From: an uncultured Bacilli bacterium
GTDB lineage: Bacteria > Bacillota_I > Bacilli_A > RF39 > UBA660
Length of the DNA: 48,952 bases
Assembly (NCBI GenBank): GCA_947589535.1
Contig: CANQAS010000004.1
Span: forward strand, 1-48,952
Reading direction: 5' to 3'
In this document: positions 19,553 through 30,272 of the stretch, piece by piece
Numbering within the stretch: position 1 is the first letter of the stretch
Layout: each line of letters begins with the position of its first letter
Notes under the pieces: generated by a model
The model's input: only the letters and a program-made list of their open reading frames with translations
What the model was told of the DNA's origin: nothing
Databases searched by the model: none
Translations under genes and position numbers: made by a program

Positions 19553-19615
19553 ACTATACTCCTATACCAATTTGGTTTACTAGTATAGTATATGCCTAAA
19601 AACAAAAAAAGTCAA
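19551..19615 (-). promoter_or_regulatory. sigA promoter of tetR-pip with overlapping inverted repeat (candidate TetR operator)
   Basis: TTGACT-N17-TATACT; IR ATACTATACT (19551-19560) / AGTATAGTAT (19582-19591) with inner ACCAA-T-TTGGT. Confidence 0.6.
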
Positions 19616-19638
19616 ACAAAATTGACTCTTTAACATAA

Positions 19639-20544
19639 TTAATTATTATTCATGTATTTTATTGCCTCTTTTACTGCTACTGCACCATCTGATATTGCAG
19701 TAACAAGTTGTCTTACCTCTTTTACTCTGCTATCTCCTGCAACATATATACCAGGAACATTAGTGTTACAATCTTCTTTTGCAATAACATAACCGGCCTC
19801 ATCAAGATTAATAATCTTTGCAAAATTTTGATTATTTGGAACTCGTCCTATCGCAATGAATAACCCTGATACTAATATCGTACTAGTTTTATTATTATTA
19901 TCAGTAATTTCTATACTTTCTAATTTTTCATTAGCATTTAATTTTGTAACAATACTGTCATAAATAAATTTAACATTATCTTTTTTCTTTAATTTATCTA
20001 TTATAGAAGTATCTGCTCTAAACTCATTTCTTCTATGTATAAGATAAACTGTTTTAGCTATCCCTGACAAATATAAAGCTTCTTCTAAAGCAGTGTTTCC
20101 TCCACCTTGTACAGCTACATCTTTTCCCTTGTAAAAACCCCCATCACAAGTAGCACAGTAAGAAACACCTTTACCAACTAATGAATTTTCATTTTCTATT
20201 CCTAATTTTCTATTTTCAACACCAGTTGCTAAGATTATGGTTTTAGTTTTGTAAGTATTTTTATTAGTTATTACTTCTTTACTGATAACATTGTCTTTTA
20301 TATCAATTACCTTTTCAAACTTTATTTTTGCCTCTAAATCTTTTGCTTGATTATATAGTCTAGTTGCAAAATCAAAGCCAGATATATGAGGTTCTACTGG
20401 GTAATTTTCAATATCTAACGTATTAATTATTTGACCACCATAACCCTTAGCCTCTAATACTAATACTTTTTTAGCTGCACGTTTTGCGTATATTGCAGCA
20501 GTAAGTCCTGCAGGGCCAGCTCCTACGATTATAATATCGTACAT
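19639..20544 (-). CDS. trxB: Thioredoxin reductase
   Basis: GAGPAG, GVSYCATCDG, GGGNTALEEA, AGD...RQLVTA. Confidence 0.97.
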   Translation of the reverse strand: MYDIIIVGAGPAGLTAAIYAKRAAKKVLVLEAKGYGGQIINTLDIENYPVEPHISGFDFATRLYNQAKDLEAKIKFEKVIDIKDNVISKEVITNKNTYKTKTIILATGVENRKLGIENENSLVGKGVSYCATCDGGFYKGKDVAVQGGGNTALEEALYLSGIAKTVYLIHRRNEFRADTSIIDKLKKKDNVKFIYDSIVTKLNANEKLESIEITDNNNKTSTILVSGLFIAIGRVPNNQNFAKIINLDEAGYVIAKEDCNTNVPGIYVAGDSRVKEVRQLVTAISDGAVAVKEAIKYMNNN

Positions 20545-20858
20545 TATTTTCCTCCTAATAATTCCTTTATTTCATCCTTTGGTCTAAACCCAATACTTCT
20601 ATTTACTTCTTTTCCATCTTTTATAATTACCATACAAGGTATTGATGATACATTATATTTAGCCGCTAACTCTTCTTCTTTATCTACGTTTACAGAAACT
20701 ATTTTATAATCATCTGATTCCGATGCTATCTCATCTAATATTGGTCTTACCATTCTGCATGGGCCACACCAATTAGCATTAAAATCAACTAATACTAAGA
20801 CATCAGACTTAATTACTTCTTCTTCAAAATTTTCTTTTGTTACATCTACTATTTTCAT
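20544..20858 (-). CDS. trxA: Thioredoxin
   Basis: WCGPC active site; TAATG overlap with trxB. Confidence 0.97.
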   Translation of the reverse strand: MKIVDVTKENFEEEVIKSDVLVLVDFNANWCGPCRMVRPILDEIASESDDYKIVSVNVDKEEELAAKYNVSSIPCMVIIKDGKEVNRSIGFRPKDEIKELLGGK

Positions 20859-20929
20859 CGTTTCATTTCCTTTCTTTATATTAATTATAATAACACATTT
20901 TACTTGTTATTTTTAGATAATTATTAAAG

Positions 20930-21817
20930 TTACTTGGTTATATGCCTTTTAACATTAATATAACTAACCTCTGGATTATATAATTTATCAGCAAACCTAA
21001 TTATTTTGGGCGCTACTTCTTGTACTTTAGTTACACCACCAGTTACTATTAAACTAATTTCTTTACCATTTATAAACTTAGTTTTAATACCTCTAGAGGT
21101 ACTTGGAAATAATTTCTTATGTGGTCCAACAAGCCCTATATTACCCTTCCATATTTTATCCATATAATTAAATAACATACCATTATGCATATGACCTGAT
21201 AATATAATATCAATTTTTTTTAAGTCAGGTATATTATTAAAGACATTATCATTAAATATACGCATTGGTGAATGACATAGTAAAATATTAAATTTATAAC
21301 TATCAATAGCAGAAATATATTTATTATAAGATTTTATTAATATGCTTTCGTTTTCCCACTTTTTATCATAATAGTATTTATATGGCAAAACATATCCTAT
21401 AAACCTAATACCTTTTTCTTGGTAAATTTTATTGTGTAAAAATATTACGTTTGGAATGGTAGATACATCATTAATCCATTTTTTATTTATATCAAATTTA
21501 TGTTTGTGCCTTTTTAACATCTTTGTAATATCATGATTGCCTAACGTAAATATAACCTTAGATATCTTAGATAGTTCTTTTAAATATAATATACTTTTAT
21601 CGTAAATAGATTTATCCTCAAACATATTTGTACAATCTATATAATCACCACAAATACATATATAATCCGGGCTTTTTTCTCTTATATCATTAATTACTAA
21701 TTTAATTTTATTATCACTTGATATATGAGACAAATGAAAGTCAGCTAACAAACAAATTTTTTTATTATCAAGTATTTTTTTACTATAAATATTATATTCT
21801 TTTACAATAAGCTTCAT
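20930..21817 (-). CDS. Calcineurin-like metallophosphoesterase
   Basis: DFH, GD..D, GNHD, LCH, SGHMH motifs. Confidence 0.92.
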   Translation of the reverse strand: MKLIVKEYNIYSKKILDNKKICLLADFHLSHISSDNKIKLVINDIREKSPDYICICGDYIDCTNMFEDKSIYDKSILYLKELSKISKVIFTLGNHDITKMLKRHKHKFDINKKWINDVSTIPNVIFLHNKIYQEKGIRFIGYVLPYKYYYDKKWENESILIKSYNKYISAIDSYKFNILLCHSPMRIFNDNVFNNIPDLKKIDIILSGHMHNGMLFNYMDKIWKGNIGLVGPHKKLFPSTSRGIKTKFINGKEISLIVTGGVTKVQEVAPKIIRFADKLYNPEVSYINVKRHITK

Positions 21818-22189
21818 AAATCACATTCCTTTAAATCTAAAAATGCATAAAATATCATTATAATTATACTTAAATGATTATTTATTTTTCCAATGTTTTC
21901 TTTAATTCTTCCGTATTAATTACAATTTTAAAATAATCATATATATTTTTAGAATTAAAGATAAAGTGGTTAGTATTTTTATTTTTTTTAATTCTACAAC
22001 TCTTCTCGATACTTTCTTCTTCGTTTATTTCCTAAATTGCTGAAACATTAATTTGAAAATTTCTCATAAATATATTAATTCATTTTAAAATATCTTTATA
22101 AAAATGCATAATCACGATTTCTAATTTTTTCTATTAAATTCTAACTTGACATAAGTCTAATATTTAAATAACACCGTCATAACTACCAC

Positions 22190-22897
22190 CTATATTATTT
22201 TATCTATTAAATTAGAAACACTTTCATATTCCTCTATAGCTAATTTTTTTAACTCATCTACTGCATTAACCATTGCATATCCATTAAAATCTTTAATCAT
22301 TTCTATGTCACTATAACCATCTCCAATTGTATAAACATTTTCTTTTAATATATTTAATCTATTTAGCAACAGGTTTATAGCATTTGATTTATTAGTTTTA
22401 TTTGAAATTATTTCTAGTGAATTTTCTTTAACATAATAAGAATTAATATAATTAGCATATTTATTATTTATGACTTTATTAATAAGCATTGCTTCTTCTT
22501 TTGAACTGTATTTAACATTTATCTTTGTTAAATCATTATGTTCAAAGTCAACTCTACTTTCTAATTTACTACAACAAAATCTTTTTATTGATTTATTTAA
22601 TTGCAAATCTTTTTTAATATTATTTATTATTTTATTATTTATTGAAAAGTTTTCAAAAACATTATCATTTTTATCTAATATCGTTGCACCATGATTAATA
22701 ATTACATAGTCATATTCAAAATTATACATATCTACTTTATTATGAAAATCAAAATAACTTCTACCCGTAGCGATAATAAATATATTCCCTTCTTTTCTAA
22801 ATTTAGCAACTGCTTTTTTATTAATTTCAATATCTTCATCATTTAAATAAAAAGTTTGATCATAATCACTAACTAATATTTTTTTATTTGCATTCAT
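22190..22897 (-). CDS. HAD-IIB (Cof-like) hydrolase
   Basis: SDYDQT, IATGR, INHGA, NKS, IGDGYSDIEM. Confidence 0.92.
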   Translation of the reverse strand: MNANKKILVSDYDQTFYLNDEDIEINKKAVAKFRKEGNIFIIATGRSYFDFHNKVDMYNFEYDYVIINHGATILDKNDNVFENFSINNKIINNIKKDLQLNKSIKRFCCSKLESRVDFEHNDLTKINVKYSSKEEAMLINKVINNKYANYINSYYVKENSLEIISNKTNKSNAINLLLNRLNILKENVYTIGDGYSDIEMIKDFNGYAMVNAVDELKKLAIEEYESVSNLIDKII

Positions 22898-23021
22898 GAT
22901 AAATACACCTTTCTTGTTAATTAATTTAAATACTAATTTACATATAATTATATCATGAATTCATTTGATATTTTTATTTAAATAGAAATATAATTTTAAA
23001 GGAAATTAGTCACTAAATAAT

Positions 23022-23052
23022 AAAAAAACGCAAACTTTTATTAAAAGTGCGT
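23022..23052 (-). terminator. ssrA terminator
   Basis: Minus strand ACGCAC-TTTTAATAAAA-GTTTGCGT followed by a T-tract. Confidence 0.6.
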
Positions 23053-23065
23053 GTATTAACTTTAA

Positions 23066-23435
23066 TGGTGGAGCTGACGAGAGTCGAACTCGTGTCCGAA
23101 AAATAGTCCACTATAGCTTCTACAAGTTTAGTTAGTAATTAAGGTTTAATTAAATGATAAAGGTAACTAACATACCCATCAAATAACGAGTTTAGTAAAA
23201 TTCATTATCTTATCCTAAACAAATAAGATAATATAACTCACTAAAATTGAGCCTCTTTAAAAATCCGTGAGTAAAACTTAAAAAGAAGCGCTTACAGTTA
23301 TTAAATTAAGCAGCTGCGAAAGCTGTATTGCAAGCAAATGTATTTGTTTTGTTATTTATTTTTGTTTGCACGTAAGGAGTGCCTTCCACTTGCATCTATA
23401 GATTCATACTTTCCGTCGAAACCAATAACAGCCCC
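23066..23435 (-). ncRNA. ssrA: tmRNA; predicted tag (A)NKTNTFACNTAFAAA at 23353-23306
   Basis: 5' GGGGCTG...TTCGAC and 3' GAGTTCGACTCTCGTCAGCTCCACCA with G3-U70; tag ORF ending FAAA-TAA; near smpB. Confidence 0.96.
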
Positions 23436-23526
23436 ATAAATAAACAACATACATATTATAGCATATATTTATAAAATTTAATTGTTTATTTTTCATATAT
23501 CTTGTATAATTGGTTTAGGTGGTAAT

Positions 23527-24804
23527 GTGAAGGATAAGAAAGAAAAAAAGAAATATTTTTTGTTTAGGGTATTACCAATAATATTAATACCTATACTAGG
23601 GAGTATGACAATTGTATCAACTCATTCAACTAAGCTTATAGTAAAGCCAATAAACTATATAGTATATATACTGCTTTCACTGTTTATATATATTCTAATA
23701 GTAGGATTCTTTATTTTAAGAAAAAGAGAAAAGAAAAAAAATAAGAAAGCCAAGATAAAAAGAATAATATTAAGTGTAATTACAACATTATACATATTGT
23801 GTGCGTGCACTTGTTTGTTCCTATTATACGGGCCATATGATAAATTTAGAACTTGGTTTATATCAACATCGATGAGTACAATGAATCATCAATATATATG
23901 TCACTGGTTTTATAGTGACGAGGAAATAAACAAAGTTATAAACGGTAACTACGTTATAGAAATTGACGAAGAAACTGATACCGATTTAATTGACATGAAA
24001 GAAGAAACTTATGCTAATGAGTATGAAAAACAAATCTTACAAAGAGATAAAGATGCTGCTTATAAAATAATAGAATTAGAAGTAAATGGACAAAAAGCTT
24101 ATTTAGCTGCTGTATATGATCCATCAAAAGTTAAAGTAGCCGTATCTAAAGGTGTTGGGACTTATGGGCAATATGCAACTAAGATAGCAGAACAAAATAA
24201 CGCTCTTCTTGCTGTTAATGGTGGAGGGTTTGGTAATGCTCCAGACAATCAAACAGGAGGTCGCCCAACAGGTGTTACAATCGCAAATGGTAAAGTAATA
24301 ACTGACAACACATATTCATCAGATGCACAATCTGGTGGTTTAATTGGTATGACATATGATAATAAGTTAGTTTTAATTAAAAACGCTACAGCTGCTAAGG
24401 CTAAAAGTATGAATGTTCGTGATGGAGTTTCATGGGGACCATTCTTAATAGTTAATGGTAAAAAATCATTTATAAAAGGTAATGGTGGCTGGGGATACGC
24501 TGCTAGAACAGCTATAGGACAACGCAGTGATGGAATAATATTACTTCTTGCGGTAAATAGTAATTCTACTAGGACAAAAGGAGCTAATATGGTAGATTTA
24601 ACCGAAATAATGAATAATTATGGAGCTGTTAACGCCGCAAACTTAGATGGTGGAACATCTACCGTTATGATTCTTCCTAAAAAAGAGGCAATAAAATATA
24701 GAAGTGATTGTAATGATGCTTATTGCTATATAAACGACCCTGTTGATTCAGCATTAAGACATAAAACAAGGGGCATACCAACAACTATAATAGTAACAAA
24801 ATAA
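23527..24804 (+). CDS. Phosphodiester glycosidase (NAGPA) family membrane protein
   Basis: 3 TM; AVNGGGF, ARTAIGQ, AANLDGGTST; GTG start after AGGTGG. Confidence 0.9.
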   Translation: MKDKKEKKKYFLFRVLPIILIPILGSMTIVSTHSTKLIVKPINYIVYILLSLFIYILIVGFFILRKREKKKNKKAKIKRIILSVITTLYILCACTCLFLLYGPYDKFRTWFISTSMSTMNHQYICHWFYSDEEINKVINGNYVIEIDEETDTDLIDMKEETYANEYEKQILQRDKDAAYKIIELEVNGQKAYLAAVYDPSKVKVAVSKGVGTYGQYATKIAEQNNALLAVNGGGFGNAPDNQTGGRPTGVTIANGKVITDNTYSSDAQSGGLIGMTYDNKLVLIKNATAAKAKSMNVRDGVSWGPFLIVNGKKSFIKGNGGWGYAARTAIGQRSDGIILLLAVNSNSTRTKGANMVDLTEIMNNYGAVNAANLDGGTSTVMILPKKEAIKYRSDCNDAYCYINDPVDSALRHKTRGIPTTIIVTK

Positions 24805-24825
24805 AGATTCCGTTTTGGAATCTTT
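24803..24825. terminator. Bidirectional terminator
   Basis: AAAGATTCC-GTTTT-GGAATCTTT. Confidence 0.75.
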
Positions 24826-25267
24826 ATTTATATTTACTAAGGTTTTTTTCTATATCTCTTTTTATATCCTTTTCTTTTAGACTTTGCCTTTTATCATACT
24901 GTTTTTTTCCTTTTGCAACACCTAGTAATATTTTGGCCTTTCCTTCTTTTAAATAAAGTTTTACTGGCACTAAAGAATAACCATCTTTTTCTATTTTATC
25001 CCTTATTTTATAAATTTCTTTTTTATGTAATAAAAGTTTTCTTTCTCTTCTTTCATCATGATTAAATCTATTACCTTCCTCATAAGTAGATATAAACATA
25101 TTAATTAAAAATACCTCGCCATTTTTAACTCTTGCATAACTATCTTTTAAATTACAGCTCCCCTTACGTATGGATTTTATTTCGGTTCCTGTTAAAACAA
25201 TACCACACTCATAAGTATCTTCTATAAAATAATCAAAACTAGCTTTTTTATTTTTTATTTCTATCAC
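24824..25267 (-). CDS. smpB: SsrA-binding protein
   Basis: [36 protein letters not shown]; GTG start overlaps the capA TAG. Confidence 0.98.
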   Translation of the reverse strand: MIEIKNKKASFDYFIEDTYECGIVLTGTEIKSIRKGSCNLKDSYARVKNGEVFLINMFISTYEEGNRFNHDERRERKLLLHKKEIYKIRDKIEKDGYSLVPVKLYLKEGKAKILLGVAKGKKQYDKRQSLKEKDIKRDIEKNLSKYK

Positions 25268-26427
25268 TATTTCACCTCAATTATGTTTTCATACCTATTT
25301 AAAACTGATTTATATTTATTATAATATGTTTCGTAGTTATTTAAAATACCATTATTTAATTTTGTATAAGGATATACTTTAAAATTACGACTTCCCTTAA
25401 AATAAGTATATATAAGGTTGGCTTTAACATCACTAAACTCTATACTACCATCCTTTGTTTTTTTAATATTTAAATAAGCAATGGCACCAGTTTGTTTATC
25501 TACTGTGTCTTGAGCTGAAATAAAATTTCCTAAAGCATAAAAGACTAAGGTATCATTAATCTTTTCTACTGGTTGTAAACTATGGGCATGGTTACCTATA
25601 ATTAGGTTAACTCCCATATCGGAAAGCTCTTTTGCAACCTGTTTTTGATTACTACTAGGGTAAGTTGTATATTCTTCTCCCCAATGCATTGATACTATTA
25701 TTAAATCTACTTTATCTTTTACTTTTTCGATGTCTTCTTTTGCTTTTTCTTTTGAATAAATATTAGTTAAATACTCTTTACCAGATGGTGGCAATAAACC
25801 ATTTGTAACGGTAGTGTATGCAAAAAACGCATACTTAATACCATTTTTCTCTAAAATCTTAATATTACTTTCTCTATCTTCGAAAGATAACGCTTGTCCA
25901 GTATAATAAACTCCTGGTTTGGTTTTCCAATAATTAACTGAGTTTATGACGCCCTTTTCTCCTTTATCCATGGTATGGTTATTAGCTAAACTAACTAGGT
26001 TAAATCCTAAGTTAATCATAGCATCACCAATTTCTTCTGGAGAATTAAACCTAGGATAAGCAGATAATCCTAATTCTTTACCACCTATAATGCTTTCTTG
26101 ATTATAAAAAGCTAAATCATGGCCTTGTATTAAATCTTTTACTTCAGTAAACATCTTATCAAAAGAGTACGTTCCATCACTATTTAAAGCATCAGTGTAT
26201 ACAAAGCGATGAATTAAGCAATCACCAACCATTACAACACTAAGTTCATTTGAATCTGGCTTCTTAATGGTAGTAGTTACTACAGGTTTCTTTTTAGAAT
26301 TAGACCTATCACTTGAGTTTTTCCTATAATCTTTTATGTAACTAGTTAATACAATAATAAACACTGATAATAAAATTAATATTAAAAGAATTTTAACCCA
26401 TTTTTTTAGTTTTCTTTTCCTCTTCAT
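25267..26427 (-). CDS. CapA family metallophosphatase-fold protein
   Basis: [38 protein letters not shown]. Confidence 0.92.
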   Translation of the reverse strand: MKRKRKLKKWVKILLILILLSVFIIVLTSYIKDYRKNSSDRSNSKKKPVVTTTIKKPDSNELSVVMVGDCLIHRFVYTDALNSDGTYSFDKMFTEVKDLIQGHDLAFYNQESIIGGKELGLSAYPRFNSPEEIGDAMINLGFNLVSLANNHTMDKGEKGVINSVNYWKTKPGVYYTGQALSFEDRESNIKILEKNGIKYAFFAYTTVTNGLLPPSGKEYLTNIYSKEKAKEDIEKVKDKVDLIIVSMHWGEEYTTYPSSNQKQVAKELSDMGVNLIIGNHAHSLQPVEKINDTLVFYALGNFISAQDTVDKQTGAIAYLNIKKTKDGSIEFSDVKANLIYTYFKGSRNFKVYPYTKLNNGILNNYETYYNKYKSVLNRYENIIEVK

Positions 26428-28537
26428 CTACTGCACTGCTTTCTTTTTTTATTTCAAAATCAATGAATGACTCATCTTTTGATGCTGATTTACAAATAAC
26501 TTTTACTTCTTGACCAATCCTATATCTTTTTTTAGTTTTTTGACCTATCAATGATATAGTTTTTTCATCATAGTTATAATAATCTCCAGATATATCACTT
26601 ATGTGTACTAAACCTTCTATCATATTTGGTAACTGTACAAACATTCCAAATGAAGTTACACCACTTATAACACCAGTAAATTCTTCTCCAATGTGATCCA
26701 TCATGTATTCAGCCATTTTCATATCTTCAACTTCTCTTTCACATTCTATAGCATCTCTTTCTTTTAATGAGGCATGTTCCGTTAAAATAGGTAAATATTC
26801 TCTAAAATAATCAACCGTTTTCTTAGACCTATCATTTTCATATAAATACGTTCTAAGAAGTCTATGAACAGTAGTATCAGGAAATCTTCTTATAGGCGAT
26901 GTAAAGTGTGTATATATCTTACTTGCAAGTCCAAAGTGACCAATGTTTTCTGGTTGGTATACCGCTTTTTGCATTGCCCTAAGCATTAATGAAGATAATA
27001 TCTTATATTCTTTTTTATCTTTTAATTGTTCCAAAATATTTTGGATTGAAGATGAATACTGTATATTTACCTTACCTGTTATTTTGTACCCTAACATACT
27101 TACAAAGTTTATAAAGTCATTAACTTTTTCCTCTTTTGGTGTTCCGTGTACACGATATACAAAAGGAAGTTCCATATAAAATACGTGTGCTGCAACCGTT
27201 TCATTAGCTGCTATCATAAAGTCTTCTATCATCATTTCACCTGCACCACGTTCTCTTACAATTACGTCTATTGGTTTTCCTGTTTCATCCGCTATTATTT
27301 TAGCCTCATCCGATCCAAAGTCAATCGCACCACGAGCTTCTCTATTTTGTCTTATTATATCAGCGAGTTCTTTCATTAAAGATAGTTTTTCAGTAAAAGG
27401 GGCATAACCTTCTTCTACAATACCTTCTTCTAACCACTTGTTAACCTTTTTATAAGTCATTTGTATTCTAGACTTTATAACACTTTCAAATATCTCATGA
27501 GATACAACATTACCTTTATTATTTATCTCCATAACACAACTTTGTGCTAATCTCTCTGTGTTTGGATTAAGAGAGCATATACCATTAGATAACTTATGAG
27601 GAAGCATAGGAATTACTCTATCTACTAAATATACACTTGTTCCTCTTTCATAGGCTTCATCATAAAGTTTGGTTCCAGGTTTAACATAATATGAAACATC
27701 TGCAATATGAACACCTAACTCGTAGTTTCCATTATCAAGTTTTCTAATTGAAATAGCATCATCAATATCTTTTGTATCATCACCATCAATTGTAAAAATA
27801 ACTTCGCCAGTTAAATCTCTTCTACCAATTTTATCTTCTTCTCTAACCTGATCTGGAATATCATCTAACTCCTCTAATACTTCATCTGGAAATTTAGGTG
27901 AGAACATATGCTTATAAACAATTGCTTCTATATCTACACCAACATCATTTTTATGCCCAATAATATTCGTTATTTCTGCTAAAACAGTGTTTCTATCAAG
28001 TTCTTTTATAACGTTTGCAACAACTATGTGTCCATCTACCGCATTTTTCGTACTTTCTTTAGTTAATACTACATTTTGTTTAAATTTTCTATCATTAGAT
28101 ATAATTGTTGGCTTACCATTATTATATATATATTCCCCAACTAAAGGGCCATAACTTCTAGAGGCAATGCGAAGTACTCTTCCTTCTTTTTTAGCACCGG
28201 TATTCTTATCAATTATCTCTGCAATAACCATATCACCATCTACCGCTCCATTTAAATACTTATTATCAACATGAATATCTTCTTCCCCTTCCATGATAAT
28301 GAAGCCAAAACCTTTTTCAGATACAGATATTTTTCCCTTTTTTAAATGGCTATATTCAAAAGCCATATATTTATCTTTATTGGTATGATATATCGTTAAA
28401 TTACCCTCTAGTTCATTTAAAATCTTTAACATACTTTCTATCTCTTCTGTTGTGTCAAGACCTAATATGTCCTTAAGTTCTAAAGCAGTATAGGCTTTTT
28501 CTTCTCTTTTCAATATATTTAATATTTTATCTTTCAT
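26393..28537 (-). CDS. rnr: Ribonuclease R
   Basis: TIDGDDTKDIDDA, HIADVS, YTHFTSPIRR, C-terminal S1 domain; start chosen by SD spacing. Confidence 0.97.
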   Translation of the reverse strand: MKDKILNILKREEKAYTALELKDILGLDTTEEIESMLKILNELEGNLTIYHTNKDKYMAFEYSHLKKGKISVSEKGFGFIIMEGEEDIHVDNKYLNGAVDGDMVIAEIIDKNTGAKKEGRVLRIASRSYGPLVGEYIYNNGKPTIISNDRKFKQNVVLTKESTKNAVDGHIVVANVIKELDRNTVLAEITNIIGHKNDVGVDIEAIVYKHMFSPKFPDEVLEELDDIPDQVREEDKIGRRDLTGEVIFTIDGDDTKDIDDAISIRKLDNGNYELGVHIADVSYYVKPGTKLYDEAYERGTSVYLVDRVIPMLPHKLSNGICSLNPNTERLAQSCVMEINNKGNVVSHEIFESVIKSRIQMTYKKVNKWLEEGIVEEGYAPFTEKLSLMKELADIIRQNREARGAIDFGSDEAKIIADETGKPIDVIVRERGAGEMMIEDFMIAANETVAAHVFYMELPFVYRVHGTPKEEKVNDFINFVSMLGYKITGKVNIQYSSSIQNILEQLKDKKEYKILSSLMLRAMQKAVYQPENIGHFGLASKIYTHFTSPIRRFPDTTVHRLLRTYLYENDRSKKTVDYFREYLPILTEHASLKERDAIECEREVEDMKMAEYMMDHIGEEFTGVISGVTSFGMFVQLPNMIEGLVHISDISGDYYNYDEKTISLIGQKTKKRYRIGQEVKVICKSASKDESFIDFEIKKESSAVDEEEKKTKKMG

Positions 28538-28570
28538 GAGCATTCTCCTATTCTATATATATTATAAAAC

Positions 28571-28599
28571 AAAAAAAGACTAATACACTAGTCTTTTTT
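28571..28599 (-). terminator. Terminator after secG
   Basis: AAAAAAAGACTA-ATACAC-TAGTCTTTTTT. Confidence 0.7.
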
Positions 28600-28624
28600 A
28601 AAAACTTACACTTTATATACATTA

Positions 28625-28834
28625 TTACATATCTAAGATAACGCATAAAACGAAGAATACTATCCCTAAAACATAAGTTGCTCTAGTAATAAATAGTTCT
28701 CCCCCACGTTCTTTTCTATTCATAAATAAATCGGCATTACCACCGGTTATTATGTTCCCACTTTCAGCTTTTCCACTCTGTAATAAAACTATAATAATAA
28801 GTAAAACGGATATAATCATTAATACTGTAAGCAT
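28625..28834 (-). CDS. secG: Preprotein translocase subunit SecG
   Basis: VLLQSGK...GG..LF...KERG, 2 TM; eno-secG-rnr synteny. Confidence 0.93.
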   Translation of the reverse strand: MLTVLMIISVLLIIIVLLQSGKAESGNIITGGNADLFMNRKERGGELFITRATYVLGIVFFVLCVILDM

Positions 28835-28905
28835 TAGTATTCCTCCTTAACTAATAGTTATTTTAACATATAATATGAAAAATATCAATTATATATGAAA
28901 AAGAA

Positions 28906-30135
28906 CTAGCCTTCTAGTTCTTCTTCTATTCTTATTAATTGATTATATTTACATACCCTATCAGATCTGGACATAGAACCAGTTTTAATTTGTCCTAAGT
29001 CTAAGCCTACTGCTAAATCAGCGATAGTAGTATCTTCTGTCTCGCCACTTCTGTGTGAAATAATTGTTTTATAACCATGACTTCTTGCAAGTTCTATGGT
29101 TTCTAAAGTTTCAGTTATAGATCCTATTTGATTAACTTTAAGAAGTATTGCATTACCCGCTTTTAAATCAATTCCCTTTTGCAAACATTCTTTATTAGTA
29201 ACGAATAAATCATCACCTACTAATTGTATTCTATCTCCAATTTCTTTAGTTATCTTAGTAAATCCTTCCCAATCATTTTCATCTACTGGATCTTCAATAG
29301 AAATAATTGGGTATTTATCTACTAATTCTTTATAAAATTCAATCAACTCATCCGTTGTAAGACTTCTTCCTTCTCCAACTAAATTATACTTACCATCTTC
29401 GTAAAATTCTGACGCTGCAACGTCTATTCCTAATTTAACGTCCTTACCTGGTTCATATCCAGCTTTTTTAATTGCTTCCATTATAAGTTCAAAGCCTTCG
29501 GTATTTGACTCTAAATCAGGAGCGAAACCTCCTTCATCACCTACACCAGTAGATAATCCTCTTTCATTTAATACACTTTTTAACGCATGAAATACTTCTG
29601 CACCAACCCTAACTCTTTCCTTAATTGTATCTCTTTGAGGAATTATCATAAATTCTTGAAAATCAAGTTTGTTATCAGCATGTGCACCACCATTTATAAT
29701 GTTCATCATAGGTTTTGGAAGTGTTTTACCTTCACCGATATATTTGTAAAGTGGCATGTTTTTGGCTTTCGCTGCAGCTTTTAAAACAGCCATTGAAACA
29801 CCAAGAATGGCATTTGCACCTAAATTACTCTTAGTTTTGGTACCATCAAGTTCAATCATTTTAGTATCTACCGCTTTTTGGTCAAATACATCCATACCTA
29901 CTACAGCGGGTTTAATTCGTTCATTTACGTTTTTAACAGCTTTTAAAACACCTTTACCACCAAATCTAGATTTATCACCATCTCTCATTTCTAATGCTTC
30001 CCTTTCACCTGTTGAAGCACCAGATGGGACAGCTGCTCTAGCCTTTGTTCCGTCTTCTAAAGTTACATCTACTTCTACCGTAGGATTACCTCTAGAATCT
30101 AAAATTTCTCTTGCTTTTACGTCAGTAATTTTCAT
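28906..30135 (-). CDS. eno: Enolase
   Basis: [48 protein letters not shown]. Confidence 0.99.
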   Translation of the reverse strand: MKITDVKAREILDSRGNPTVEVDVTLEDGTKARAAVPSGASTGEREALEMRDGDKSRFGGKGVLKAVKNVNERIKPAVVGMDVFDQKAVDTKMIELDGTKTKSNLGANAILGVSMAVLKAAAKAKNMPLYKYIGEGKTLPKPMMNIINGGAHADNKLDFQEFMIIPQRDTIKERVRVGAEVFHALKSVLNERGLSTGVGDEGGFAPDLESNTEGFELIMEAIKKAGYEPGKDVKLGIDVAASEFYEDGKYNLVGEGRSLTTDELIEFYKELVDKYPIISIEDPVDENDWEGFTKITKEIGDRIQLVGDDLFVTNKECLQKGIDLKAGNAILLKVNQIGSITETLETIELARSHGYKTIISHRSGETEDTTIADLAVGLDLGQIKTGSMSRSDRVCKYNQLIRIEEELEG

Positions 30136-30272
30136 TTTTTATCCTCCATTCTTTACATAATCATTATAACATTTTATTCATCTAAAATAAAGATATTATA
30201 ACAATGTGTAAATTGACTTTATATATAATTTTACGGTATAATATAGTACTAGAATATAAAGGAGGGGATAGA

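Noticed and set aside
20859-23066. Integrated element at the ssrA 3' end
   Set aside because: No duplicate of the tmRNA 3' end and no integrase found.
3333-30135. AGG-to-Met recoding reported for some uncultured Bacilli
   Set aside because: AGG occurs at conserved Arg positions (S9 RDAR, enolase SRSDR), so AGG is Arg. CGG was too rare at conserved sites to test.
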